A stretch of DNA of 63,954 nucleotides, filler included, from Octopus bimaculoides (Eukaryota), in assembly GCF_001194135.2 (NCBI RefSeq). It is 5 parts of 5 records of this genome, joined end to end, with 100 filler letters (N's around TTAATTAATTAA, not from the genome) between each part and the next. Parts side by side here need not be neighbours in the genome. Positions count along the whole stretch, not along the records: positions 1 to 28,040 come from NC_068987.1; 4 more parts are not named here. One strand, given 5' to 3'. A model generated the notes under the pieces. The model was not told the origin of the DNA. It was given only the letters and a program-made list of their open reading frames with translations, and did not search any database. Positions 1 through 12,597 of the stretch are shown here, piece by piece (positions within the stretch are counted from its first letter, which is position 1; the number at the start of each line of letters is the position of its first letter). The position numbers were made by a program, and so were the translations under genes.

Positions 1-291
1 GGAGGATATGAGTTTACGAAAACTACTTACATTTGGAAGACGCGTTCAATCATGTAAAAACAAATAGTAAATGAGTATATGCATATATACGTACAGGTAT
101 GTGCATACCGACATCCACCTGTATGTATAGGTGCATATCTGGGTACAGGACATTGCAAACAAACGTAGACGAGAACACACGAGCCACATAGAGAACATTC
201 TCCTTCATCAGCCACCCACGTTTTAACACCGGCGTTTCGACGAGCTTGGGCAGGACGCATCGCTAAAACGGCTCGTCCCATGGATCGCAGA

Positions 292-1487
292 TTATGGCTC
301 ACCTATCGTGCCCTGAGTACATTGCGGATTTTTCTGGTTAATATATATAAATTTATATCACAGACTCCTCAGTATATTACAGGTATCTGTGCCCAATAGG
401 TATTTATATTTTTTTAGATTATAATTATTTCTGTGGTAAAATTAGCATTTTCATGCCTAAAAATTAATAAATTAATAAATAAGAATACAGTACAGTACTG
501 TATAACACATTAGATAAAATATATTAAAAGAAAATACGTAGTATACCATAGATGAGTAAACAAAGAATCGCACATACTGTATGGAAAACAAAACTCAGGA
601 GGCAAGTATGTGGTGTTGTTTTGCATTTGTGTGTAAAATTGTGAATTTATTTCAAACCCTATGATGTCACTCAAACATTTTGCATCTTCTAAGCTAAGGT
701 TTCCAGCAGTGAACCCAAGCGCCAGAGGAAGACGCTTACTATAACAGAGAAGGTGAGACTCCTCAACATGCTTAAGGAAGGGAGAAAGATGAGAAAATAT
801 AAGGGCGACAGCAAAAGTGATTTTTAACAAGATGGCAAAAAGGGTGGTAACTTTCCACAATAAGTCCATCATAAGGATGGAGTCTGCATTAGCCCTTTGG
901 ATCAGTGACTGCAAGAAGAACACTGCACTGGATGCCAACACCATCTGTGAGAAGGCCAGACAGCTGTATGGCAAGTTTATGGATGGTGGTGACAACAACC
1001 CAGATGACCCTGAACCAGGACCATCTATGGCATCTCCCACCAAACCAACCGAACTTAATGCCAGCAAGGGTTGGTTTGATAAATTTCAAAGGAGGTTCAA
1101 ACTTAAGAATGTGTCCCTGCATGGAGAAGCTACCTCTGCTGACAAACCTGTTGCTGAGGAGTACATGAACTAGATGTTCAAGATCATTGTCGAGGAAGGA
1201 GGATATTCACGTGAGCAAGTTTTCAATATCGACGAGACTGGCCTCTTTTGGAAACGGATGCCATTGTGGACTTCCATTATGAAGGAGGAGGAGGCCAGAG
1301 CCCCTGGATTTAAGATGTGCAAAGATCGCGTCACAATTATAATGTGTAGAAATGCTACAGACTTTATGATAAAGCCAGGGCTTATTTATAAGTCCAAAAA
1401 CCCTAGGGCCCTCAAAAACAAAAAAAATAAGAACCTGCTGTCAGTGCATTGGATGCACAACCAGAAGGCATGGATAATGAAACCACT
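292..1487 (+). mobile_element. Degenerate Tigger/pogo (TIGD1-like) DNA transposon, 3'-truncated
   Basis: HTH-psq-like KRQRKTLTITEKVRLL (about 715-780), CENP-B HTH ICEKARQLY...ASKGWFDKF, and DDE start VFNIDETGLFWKRMP, with stops and frameshifts. Confidence 0.88.
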
Positions 1488-1625
1488 GAAACAATTCAAA
1501 CTTTGTATGAGTCCATACCTCATAGAATTCAAGCTGTAATTACTGCCAAAGGTGGTCCCATCCCATATTAAAATAAATTTGTTAGAAATTTTAAGGTGTT
1601 TCTATTATATTGTCCAACCTCTGTA
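1488..1625 (+). mobile_element. Tc1-like transposon 3' end with terminal TIR
   Basis: IQTLYESIPHRIQAVITAKGGPIPY* (typical Tc1 C-terminus), then ...GTCCAACCTCTG|TA. Confidence 0.75.
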
Positions 1626-2092
1626 AATATATATCTATATATATATATATATNNNNNNNNNNNNNNNNNNNNNNNNNNNNNNNNNNNNNNNNNNNNNNNN
1701 NNNNNNNNNNNNNNNNNNNNNNNNNNNNNNNNNNNNNNNNNNNNNNNNNNNNNNNNNNNNNNNNNNNNNNNNNNNNNNNNNNNNNNNNNNNNNNNNNNNN
1801 NNNNNNNNNNNNNNNNNNNNNNNNNNNNNNNNNNNNNNNNNNNNNNNNNNNNNNNNNNNNNNNNNNNNNNNNNNNNNNNNNNNNNNNNNNNNNNNNNNNN
1901 NNNNNNNNNNNNNNNNNNNNNNNNNNNNNNNNNNNNNNNNNNNNNNNNNNNNNNNNNNNNNNNNNNNNNNNNNNNNNNNNNNNNNNNNNNNNNNNNNNNN
2001 NNNNNNNNNNNNNNNNNNNNNNNNNNNNNNNNNNNNNNNNNNNNATATATATATATATAAGGATATTATTGTTCACAATAATATCAAGTGGT

Positions 2093-2124
<32 letters not shown>

Positions 2125-2194
2125 GTGTAAATAGCATGTGTAAATAACCATCAAAGTAATAACATAAGGTAAAAAATTATTAATTAATAATTAA

Positions 2195-2345
2195 GGGTGT
2201 TACAAGTGGCACCAGCATGCTAAAAATAGCAGCCACAAATTTTCACTGATACACATTAATTAAAATCAGAAATGAGCAGAAATTTTAAGTCCCCATACCA
2301 TTAACAAAAAGAATTCTTTACATGCTGGTGCCACTTGTAGCACCC
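2195..2345. mobile_element. 151-bp MITE with 25-bp TIRs and TTAA flanks (Kolobok- or Harbinger-like ends)
   Basis: GGGTGTTACAAGTGGCACCAGCATG / CATGCTGGTGCCACTTGTAGCACCC (24/25 inverted match); TTAA on both sides. Confidence 0.75.
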
Positions 2346-2794
2346 TTAATTATCAATATATATATTTAAATAATCAGAAAAAGAAAATTTTTGATAAACA
2401 AACAAACAAGTTGAACCACAACAGGATGAAGCTCCATATACTAGATTGAATGTGCTACGAAGATGAGGAATATTATTTTCGGAATTTCTTTCATAAGCAC
2501 CGACTAACACTGGAAGCAGAAACGGCCATAAAAAATGTTATGTCATGTTTTGTATTAAAAAATAATCAACTGATGTGGTTCAATTTGTTTGCTGATCAAA
2601 AATTTTCTCCATTTTCTGATTATTTAAATTTGATTCGTGATAAACTTATGTTTATTCTGTTGTTACTTGTACCCTATGAGCATAGTGTGCCTGCATATCC
2701 ATGCCCAGGGATAGCACAGGTAATTGATACTGATAGTAAATATGGATACTATTATTCCTTAGTCAGTTACTACAACTGCCAACTCTGCTTACCT

Positions 2795-3226
2795 TATCGA
2801 GACCTTTGGAAATGTGCTGTGTGTGAGAAGACCCGGCAAGCCAAGTAAGATCGTTGCCAGTGCCCCTGGACTGGCTCTTGTGCGGGTGGCACATGAGATG
2901 CACCATTTTGAGCGTGGCCGTTGCCAGTACCGCCTGACTGGCTCCCGTAGGATTTTCGAGCGAGATCGTTGCCAGTGCCCCTGGACTGGCTTGTGCGGGT
3001 GGCACATAAAAGACACCATTTCGAGCGTGGCCGTTTTCATGCAGGTGACACGTAAAAGCACCCACTACACTCTCTGAGTGGTTGGCGTTAGGAAGGGCAT
3101 CCAGTTGTAGAAACTCTGCCAAATTAGATTGGAGCCTGGTGTTGCCATCCGGTTTCACCAGTCCTCAGTCAAATCGTCCAACCCATGCTAGCATGGAAAG
3201 CGGACGTTAAACGATGATGATGATAA
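2795..3226 (+). mobile_element. Octopus-type SINE/non-autonomous retroelement with internal tandem subunits and (GAT)n tail
   Basis: Near-identical copy at 44860-45286; related copies at about 39170-39363, 48340-48625, 53225-53668, 55797-56095(-), 57720-58006 and 58850-59180. Shared 3' end GGAAGGGCATCCAGCTGTAGAAAC...GGACGTTAAACGATGATG. Confidence 0.8.
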
Positions 3227-3272
3227 AACTGTTGAATAAAACAAAAAGGTAAAAAAAATACAATAAAATTAC

Positions 3273-3417
3273 TTATTGCCATTGTCATCAGGAATACTCA
3301 TTGACTCCCGGTGATGAAATAATAACTCCTCAGAATTGCCAGTTTTCACAAAGCTCCGTAAAGCTTGCAGTGATTTTTCAGACATGTATTCATAATCAAT
3401 TTCATCATCAAAGGTTG
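3273..3417 (-). CDS. NFKB1: NF-kB pre-ankyrin exon (TFDDEIDYEYMSEKSLQALRSFVKTGNSEELLFHHRESMSIPDDNGN)
   Basis: Acceptor ttgcag| and donor |gtaatt; 145 nt, phase 1->2; resembles the p105/p100 segment ending at DENGD of ankyrin repeat 1. Confidence 0.85.
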
Positions 3418-6400
3418 CTGCAAACAGAAGAAATGGAAAGAAATATCTGTTAAACACAACCCCTTGATGTGTTTTGTAACTGCAAGAAAATTAGATATCA
3501 ATCTAGAGAAGAAGCTAACTAATCACATGTAACATTCTCTTTTCTGGTACCTATTACAAGATTTTTCCCTTCATTTTGTATTCAGTTTTTACATGATTGC
3601 ATATAAGCTACAATGATGTTGATGCTGTTATCATTTGCATATTTATTTGTCTGTTAGTGTTTATATGAAAAATTGTGAACAATGATTTTGTTGCTTGCTT
3701 CTAATGGGTCACTCACTGGCTCACTGCATTTCTAATAGCAAGACTCACAAAGTATTATCTGTGTAACTCAATGCAGAGTAAATAACTCAAAGGATTTCAG
3801 TTGTAGAGTACCATATATATATGCTCACACACACATATATATGTGTATTATATGTGCATACTTATGTATATGTCACACATACACATGTAAATGTATATCA
3901 TATATATGGATATATGTATGTATGAATTATCATGTCATCAGAATGAGTGATAACAGAATTCCAACAACCAGTTCCATAATGAAAGATAAAATATAGGAAG
4001 ATGATGGCTGAGGTTACTAGGACAAGCTGAAAGTTAAACTGAAAGCAACAAATAAAAGATTTCCTGAGAATCATTTGAAAAAATCTATAATGAATTGCAA
4101 TGAATGAAGGTTAATTTGCTGTAAAGTCATGAAAAATATGAATTAAACCGACTGGATCATCTTCAAGAACTGAGAGCTAAGACAAAGTCTTGATCTAATA
4201 TGCCAGTTTGTTTACATAACAAGCCCCTTTGATAGACTTGTTTGTAGATCTGTGAACTTATCTGTAAGACATTGTCTGGAATATAGTCTCATAAGAAGTA
4301 TAAGATATCAGAACTAGAAAAACAAGAGCTTTCAAACCCTTGTATGTCAAAATCAATGAGAGAATCCATTGTTATGTATAATATCCTTCCAGTTTCCCTC
4401 TGTCGAATTCCACTCACAAAGAACCAGCCAATCTAAAGTTGTTGTAGAAGATACTTGCTCAATATTACATAGTGTGTAACTCAACCTGAAGCCATGTAGT
4501 TGGAAGGTAAACCTCCTTATCACATCCAGGTCTGCACTCATGTAACACAACTGAAATAAGATGATAGCAGTTACGATATTAACATGAGATTCAGTGATAA
4601 CATTTAGACTTGAGGGAGGGGAGTATTGCACTTTTAAACTTATCAAGCTCAGATATCTGTTACCTGTTGGATAATCTTTCATTATCATGTAGGATTCCCA
4701 ACATTCCCAATGAGGTGAGGCCTTCATTAAGTAATACTTCTCTATTTCTCTCCTCTCTTTCTCTCTATCACTTTATCTATCTAAAAGTTTAAGATTGGGA
4801 AAATTGCAATCATAAATATGAAAAGAAAAAAAAAGAAAAGAGCCATAATTCTTTTTTTTTTAAATGTGAGATATTACAATTTGTATAGTTTGAATCACTA
4901 TCAGATTCAAATCCAGCAGCATCTGTCTCATCTCTCTCATCGTTTATAGGTTCAGCACATTCTCTATGTTTCTCCAGATGAGTTTGCACATCAGAATCTT
5001 TCACAGAGTTTAGGGTTAAATTGTTCTGCGAATTAGTCTGTTGACCTGACCGTTCAGCATCTGAAAAATTACATTGATTTTAGTTTGATAAAGCACAATG
5101 CTGGTATTTATCTATACGAGTTTAATACAGTTTAATCTAGAGGCAGGATTTGCATCAGTGTATTAGTAATATATCCAAAAGATTTCAGATGTGCATCCAA
5201 ACAAATACTGTTAGTCAGTCACCATAATTTCAATGTCTTGCTTCACTGGACTTTAACACACTTAAGTTTTAACGTATAGTATCTAATTTGATAGATGCCC
5301 ACAAGATCATGCACCATCTTTCCAACGACAGCTTTGACCATCTTTTTGAATTCAGCATTCTACAACTCATGGACATGCTCATAAAATCAAAACTCAGCAT
5401 AATACCCATGACTTTTGAAGAGATTTTTTTCATACCTTGAATTATCAAAGCATAGATTTACACACATTAGTTGTTAGCTGTCAGGATACTCTATCCTTCA
5501 AAAATTCACCAACAGTACTCCTAATGTGCCTATACACACTTTCCTCTTTATGGCTTTTTTACTGTCTTATTGTGCTTTATTCTATGTACTATATATTTAC
5601 TTTTGGCTATCCTTGTTTTCTTTCTTTAGTTGACTTATTGTTGCTTTCTGTTCCCTTTTTTTTTACCTTTTTCCAAGTTGTAGTGCACCAAAGCACTGTA
5701 CACAAGAAGCTCATTATTATTATTATTATTATTAAGGTAGCAAGCTGGCAGAACTATTAGCACACTAGGCAAAGAGCCTAGTGGCACTTTGTCCATCTTT
5801 ATGTACTGACTTCAAATTCCACCAAGGTCATCCTTTCAGCGTTGATAACATAAGTAGAAATAAGTACCAGTTGAGCACTGGGGTTATTGTAATTAACTTA
5901 TCCCATCCCTTAAAATTGCTGGCCTTGTGCCAAAATTTGAAACCACTACTGCAACTACTATTACTACTACTACTACAGTAAAAAAATTAATTTATGCTGT
6001 AAGAAAAAACAAATTAGTATTCAACATTTTGAGTTGTAGCACTTTATCATGAGGCATAATGGCCAATAGAAGTAAAACAATGGAATTAGGTTTTTCAGTC
6101 AAACAAATCAAAGGAGACAATGGTTGAGAGCTCTATTGTTTCTTCTTCAAGAGTATAGGCCACTTATAATTGAATTCTATGTTGCATAATTTTTCGCTTC
6201 TATATTTATACTCTGCCATGAATGTCTCCCTTTCTCTAGTTCCTTTTGTGTTGATCTACGCCATGAGTTCTTAGGCCTACCCCTCTTTCTATATCCATCT
6301 GGATTCCACTGTAAAGCGCTTTTCGCTGCATTTGGTGTGTCCTTTCTAATTGTGCTACCAATCCACTTCCACTTTTTCTCAAATATTTGCTCCCTAATCG

Positions 6401-7336
6401 AAACTTGATTCGTTCTTTGCCATAGCTCCATATTGCTTATGTTTTCGGGCCATCTGATTTTAAGTATACTACGCAAGCACCTGTTGATGAATGATTGTAT
6501 TTGCTTATTTGACTTAACTGTTGTTCACCATGCCTCAGCCCCACACAATAACACCGCTTTTACGTTAGTGTTAAAAATTCTTATTTTGTTCTTTATTGAA
6601 ATTACACTTATGCTCCCTTCAGCATAAATTAATTATTTTATATTTTGGTTTGTATTGTTTGTCATTCCTAAGATCATTTGGATATATCACCAACACATTA
6701 ATGCAAATTCTGAATCAGATCCTACCTGTGGTTTAAAATGAATTAAATTCGTGTTTTTGTACCACTATAATTTCTGCAATCTTTTCACATTAATCTACCA
6801 TTGTAATAGAGAAAAGTATACAGTCTGATATGTTAGATTGTAAGATTTGTGTAAAGAGAGAACAAAAAAAAAAAATTTAAACATGTAATGGTGCATTGTG
6901 TAAAAAGGTGAATATTTATAAATAATCAAAGATTGGAACTGTGAAAAGAAGAAAGTAAAAAAATACCAAAGAGTAAGTGAGAATGTAAGAAAGGGTGGAT
7001 GAGAATGAAAAGACGCAGAGTGGGACAGTGAAATTGCAAATAGAAGAGTATGAAGGTGACCGCCTGAGTAAACTAAACTTTACCAGGTAGTGATCTATGA
7101 TGTAACAAAGATAAACCACAATATAAGAGAAAGAATCTTTGATTTGTTTCAGTCATTAGACTGCAGCCATGCTGGAGCACCACCTTGAAGAATTTTTAGT
7201 CAAATTAATTAACCTCAGTACTTTCTTTTAAAGCCTTTTTGCTTTTGCTGAACTGCTAAGTTATGGGAACGTAAACACACCAACACCAGTTGTCAAGCAG
7301 TGGTGGGGAACAAACACAAATACAAAAACACACATA

Positions 7337-7375
<39 letters not shown>

Positions 7376-10300
7376 AGCTTCTTTCCATTTCCATCTACCA
7401 AATCCACTCACAAGGCTTTGGTCAGCCTGAGGCTATCGTAGAAGATACTTGCCCAAGGTGCCACAGTGGGACTGAACTCAGAACCATGTGGTTGGTAAGC
7501 AAGCTCCTCACCACCATCGTTTTAATGTTCACTTTTCCATGCTTGCATGGATCAGATGGAATTCACTGAGGCAGATTTTTTATGACTAAATGCCTTTCCT
7601 GTACTCAACCCTCATTTGTTTTTAAGATGGTAGATGGGAAACAAACAACATCACTTGTATGCTGATGACACTCATTTACAACCGTCACACGATGTCAAAA
7701 CAAGGATAAACACAAACACACACAACAGGCTTCTTTCAGTTTCCATCTACCAAATCTACTCACAAGGCTTTGGTCAGTTTGAACTATAGTAGATAACACT
7801 TACTCAAAGTACCACAGAGTGGGACTGAACCCGAGATCTCATGGTTAGGAAGTGAGCCACACCTTTGCTTAGTCTATATCAGACTAATTAGTAAATTATG
7901 TTGTAACAGAATGAATTATCCTTTAACAGTGACTTCACGTAAGTGTAACAGTAAAAGATTTCTACAATATCAGACAGACTGTGACTACACTATGTGTAAC
8001 AAAGAGTGAGTGGTAATGTATCAGACAGAGAACTATAGTGTAAGCTGAAGTAAACTGAAGTGTAACTGGTAATGAACTACAGTTTAACTGAAAATGAACT
8101 AGTGTAACAGAAATAAACAAGGGTATCAGAAAGCTAACTACAGTGCAACTGAAAATGTGCCAGGAAGTGTAACAGTGAAGTATAGAATATGGGAAAGTGA
8201 ACTATAATGTAACAGACATCGAAATAGAAAATTAAACTCTAATATTGTGTGAGCTTGTAAGGTGCAGTATGGCCAAACTGTTAAGAAGTTAACCTTGCAA
8301 TCATGAATTCTGAGGTTCAATCCTACATTGTGTAGCATCTTAGACAAATGTCATTTTCTATAGCCTTAGATTAACCCATACCTTAAACAGATGGAAACTG
8401 TATAGAAACCCATTAGATAGATAATACCTGTAATTCAAAAGCTACAGACTTGTTACATGCTGTGTTACACTGATTCTGCTCCAAGATTTACATGAAGGGT
8501 ACACATCAAGTTCCAGGGCCAAGTAATTCAGTTAATAAAACAAACAAATCCTCTTTGTTGAACAATACTGGACTGAGCTAAGTTAACTAAGAATCAAGTT
8601 AACTAAAAGTGAACAATAGTATAACAAACTGCAAGTGAACTATAATATAACAAACTGATGTATAACACTGTAATATAACAAACAGGTGTAACAGAAACTA
8701 AAGTTTAATGTATCAGAGAGTAAATTAGAATATAACAGAAAATGAACTAACCTATAACAGTGTAACAGAGAGTGAACTAAATTGTAACAGGAACTAGAGT
8801 AACAGTGTGGTAATGTAACAGAGAGTTAATTACATCATAGAATGTGAGAGCTACTATGTAATAAAGGGTGAAATATAGTGCAACAGAATCTGAATTAAAG
8901 TGTATCAGACAGCGAATTATTTTATAATAGTGGGAATTTTCATATAACAGTAGAACAGTGAGTAAACTATCCTGTAGCAAAGAGAAAACCACTCTGTAAC
9001 AGAGAGTACAGTACGGTTTAATAAGGAGAGAAATATATAATTGTAATGGAGCCAGTTATAATGTAAACTCTGCATAACAGAGTTTGAACCATAGTGTAAC
9101 AGTGAATGGAGAGTAGAGTACACTGTATCAAAGAATATAACACAGTGTATAAAAGTAGAGAATAGTATAACAGAGAATGAAGTAAAGTGTAATAAAGAGT
9201 GGAGTGCAATGTAAAAGAGAATGGAGTATAATGTAACAGACAATAGAGTATAGCATAAGAGAGAGAGTGAGAGTGAGCTAGAGTACGAAACTGCAAAGTG
9301 AACTGAAAGTGTAAGAAACTGAAGTGTATAATAATATAAGAACTGACCACCATTAACAAAATATACTGGTAAAGAATTTTCATGAGAATGAGTCTCTTCA
9401 GAATTGTCATCATCACTGCTTGATGTTGGCTGGCCATTAATTTTCACAAGTGTTTTGCTTCGTTTAATGTTGAGTTCATTGTCATCTGAAATTACAACAA
9501 AAAGATCGTTAGTAATTTAGTAATTAGTCCAATGTAATCATCATCATCATTTAAAATTGCACTTTTCCAAGCTTGCATGAGTCAGATAGAATTTGTTAAG
9601 GCAAGTTTTCAACAGCCGGATGCTCTTCCTGTTACCAGCTGTCCCCTGTTTCCAACCAGGTAATTTTCCCCCATGGTCAGATATGCTTTCTGCAGAAGAC
9701 TGGAAATGAAGAATATCGCTTATATGATAATGATTCTCACTTTACAACCATCACATGTTGTCAAGACAAAGGTACACAAAAACAGATGCACATATACATA
9801 AATATACACAAACATACAATGGAATTCTTTCAGTTTCCACTATCAAATCCATTTACAAAGCTTTGGTTGACCCAGAGCTACAGTAGAAGATACCTAGCCA
9901 AGGTGCTGCACAAAAGGACTGTACCCAACTATGGTTGGAAAGCAAACTTCTTAACAACACAGATATGCCTGTGCATTAGCCACACCTGCACCTTAAATTT
10001 ACTTGCTTGCTTCATGCTCTTGTTTGATGGGCTGGGATCATCCCAGCTTAGTGGTCCCAGAGACCACTAACCTGGGATGACCCCAGCCCCATCATGCATA
10101 GAGCTAACCAAGTCTACCAGTGCTCAGGCTCTCCATCACTGGTGGCATCCACCAAGGTGACATTGAGCCACTGGAGATCTTCCTTAATCATGTCCAGCCA
10201 TCTGGTGAGAAGCCTCTCATGGGGCCTTTTCCAGCCTGCAGCTGCTGCTGTGTCAAACAAGAATAAAACCTTGGTAGGATGATCTAACATGAGATGAAGG

Positions 10301-12552
10301 ACATGTCCATACCAGTGATTGAAACAAATAGCTATGAGGTGGGAGGTTGCAAGTTGATGCATATGTACACACATTTCTTTGTTGAAAATGTTTTCTCCAC
10401 TGGGAAGATGACTATCATTGTTGCCTATGCTCCTACAGATGTTTCAGAGAAAACAATAAAGGATGACAACTACAAACAGCTCCAACTAGTTTTAGGACAA
10501 ATCCCACCCCACAACATCATGATCAGCCTGACATATGCCAATGCTACACCTTAATCCAATAAGTAATTAGCCAGTAGACAAAAGTGCTCAATTCAACTTA
10601 GGATTCTCTATCAATGATATTAATATGCTTAGTTTTGTTTGTTTTTGTACGTACCTGTGGTGTGAGTCACACTTCAAAGGAAGAAATGAGTGGCAAAGCG
10701 AGAGAGGAGGACAGAGAGAAAGAGAGAGCGAAAGAGAAAGAGAGAGCGAAGGAGAAAGAGAGAGCGAAAGAGAAAGAGAGAGCGAAAGAGAAAGAGAGAG
10801 CGAAAGAGAAAGAGAGTGGTGACGGCATTCATTTTGTGATTTTAAATGCTTCAGAGAGGAAGTAATTGAGAAAGAGAGAGAGTGAGAGAGAAAGAGAGAG
10901 ACTGAAAGAGATAGTGAGTTTGACGGCATTTGTTTTTGTGTTTTTAAATGTTTATCACATTGCAAGAAAAGTAAATACATAGATCGAAAGAAAAGTTGAT
11001 GCATAGATACATACACACATTGTTAAATTAAAAGTGGAAGAGAGGAGGGATGCAGAGGAAGTGAAAGAGAAAAAAGTGAGAGAGACAGTAGATACATAAA
11101 TCCAAAGAAAAGTTGATACATAGATACAACAAATATTGGATGTCACTTTCACTTTTCATTACCACACGAGGATAAAATTAACTCGCAAGCGGCTGAGTAC
11201 TCCACAGGCATGCATATTATTAGCGTAGTTCTCAGGGAGATTCAGCCTCACACAGAATATGACAAGGCTGGCCCCTTTGAATTAGAGCTACAACTCACTT
11301 TGGCTAGCTGAGTGGACTAGAACAAGATGAAACCTGCAAGTGATTAGAAGAAAACTTAAAAAGATCCTATATAGGGACAGAAAATCTTTAGTCATTAGGG
11401 TCACTATGGGTGTTAATCCAGTCATAACAGTGGTATTTGTGGGTCTCACAGATCTGGAAGCCAAGCCCCCAGATAAACACCAATGCACAAGCTGTTATCA
11501 AACTGAGTGTGAGTCAAGGGCAAATACACAACGGAATAGCAATTATTTCATCTTGGCTTTCACTGCTTATACTAAACACATGACATTTTTGCCTTACAAC
11601 ATGGAACATTTCCTTTTCTTTCACTCTTTTTGAAAAATGGTACTCCATTAGCTATGACAGCAAGGTTCCAGTTAATCTGATCAACGGAACAGTTTGCTCG
11701 TAAAATTAATGTGCTAAATGGCTGAGTACTCCATGGATATGCATACCATAACATAGTTCTCAGAGAGATTCAGCCTCCCACAGAATGTGACAAGACTGGC
11801 CCCTTTGAATTACAGCTACAATTCATTTTTTCCAGCTGAGTGAACTGCAGCAAGGTGAAGTAAAGTAGCTTGCTCAAAAACACAGCATGCCGCAGGGAAT
11901 CATACTCATGACTTTACAATCATGGGCCGAATACCCCTAACCACTGAGCCATGCACCTTCACTCTCTTAACCGTAGAGAAAAGGAGTGAAGCAATAGAGA
12001 TAAAGAAAGGAAAGCCTCAGTCATTTACAAGGACAGTTAGACTGAAATACAATCAATTTTTTCTAGCTTCTTTACTTTTAACAATGAAGAAGAGGGAAAG
12101 ACATTTAGTAATGAATAGGGGGAAAGTCTTTCAGATGTTTACGTTTTTATTTTGGGAGTTCTAGAACAATCGAGTGTTAGTTCTCTCTTCTTTCCTCTAC
12201 TCCCAGTATTTATTCACCTTCTTTCATAGTTCTTCATGTCTTTTAGTTGGGGCAGGAAAGACCATGCTCTTTTTCAGGCACATTTAACATTTTCTCTACA
12301 AACTACAAACAAGCCCCACTCCCTTGCTTATTTTTTTTCAAACAAAAACTAATGCAAATTCTGAATGGGGTATAGCTGTGAACAGAGCCCAGAAAATTAC
12401 TTAATACCCACAACAAAATGGGTAGGGGAGAAAAGTTGCCAACAGGTGGCTACAAGAAAATCAACTCTATTCTTTAAAGAGTATCTTCTATAGCCTTGGG
12501 CCAATTAAAGCCTCGTGAGTGAATTTGGTAGATGAAAACTGAAAGAAGCCTG

Positions 12553-12597
<45 letters not shown>

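Noticed and set aside
190-290. Minus-strand CTGATGA plus a GACGAGC/GCTCGTC hairpin followed by GAAACG
   Set aside because: The motifs are in the wrong order or pairing for a hammerhead and the UH triplet is absent (GAAACGCC); probably a repeat remnant. The 91-aa ORF here is not supported.
1591-2154. Long X-filled ORFs here and at 25019-25405, 33829-34346 and 49234-49950
   Set aside because: Artefacts of N gaps flanked by (TA)n.
2450-2848. 132-aa plus-strand ORF
   Set aside because: No recognisable domain; its 3' end runs into a SINE.
10588-11016. SLSLSL / EKERAK repeat ORFs
   Set aside because: Translations of an 18-bp purine tandem repeat.
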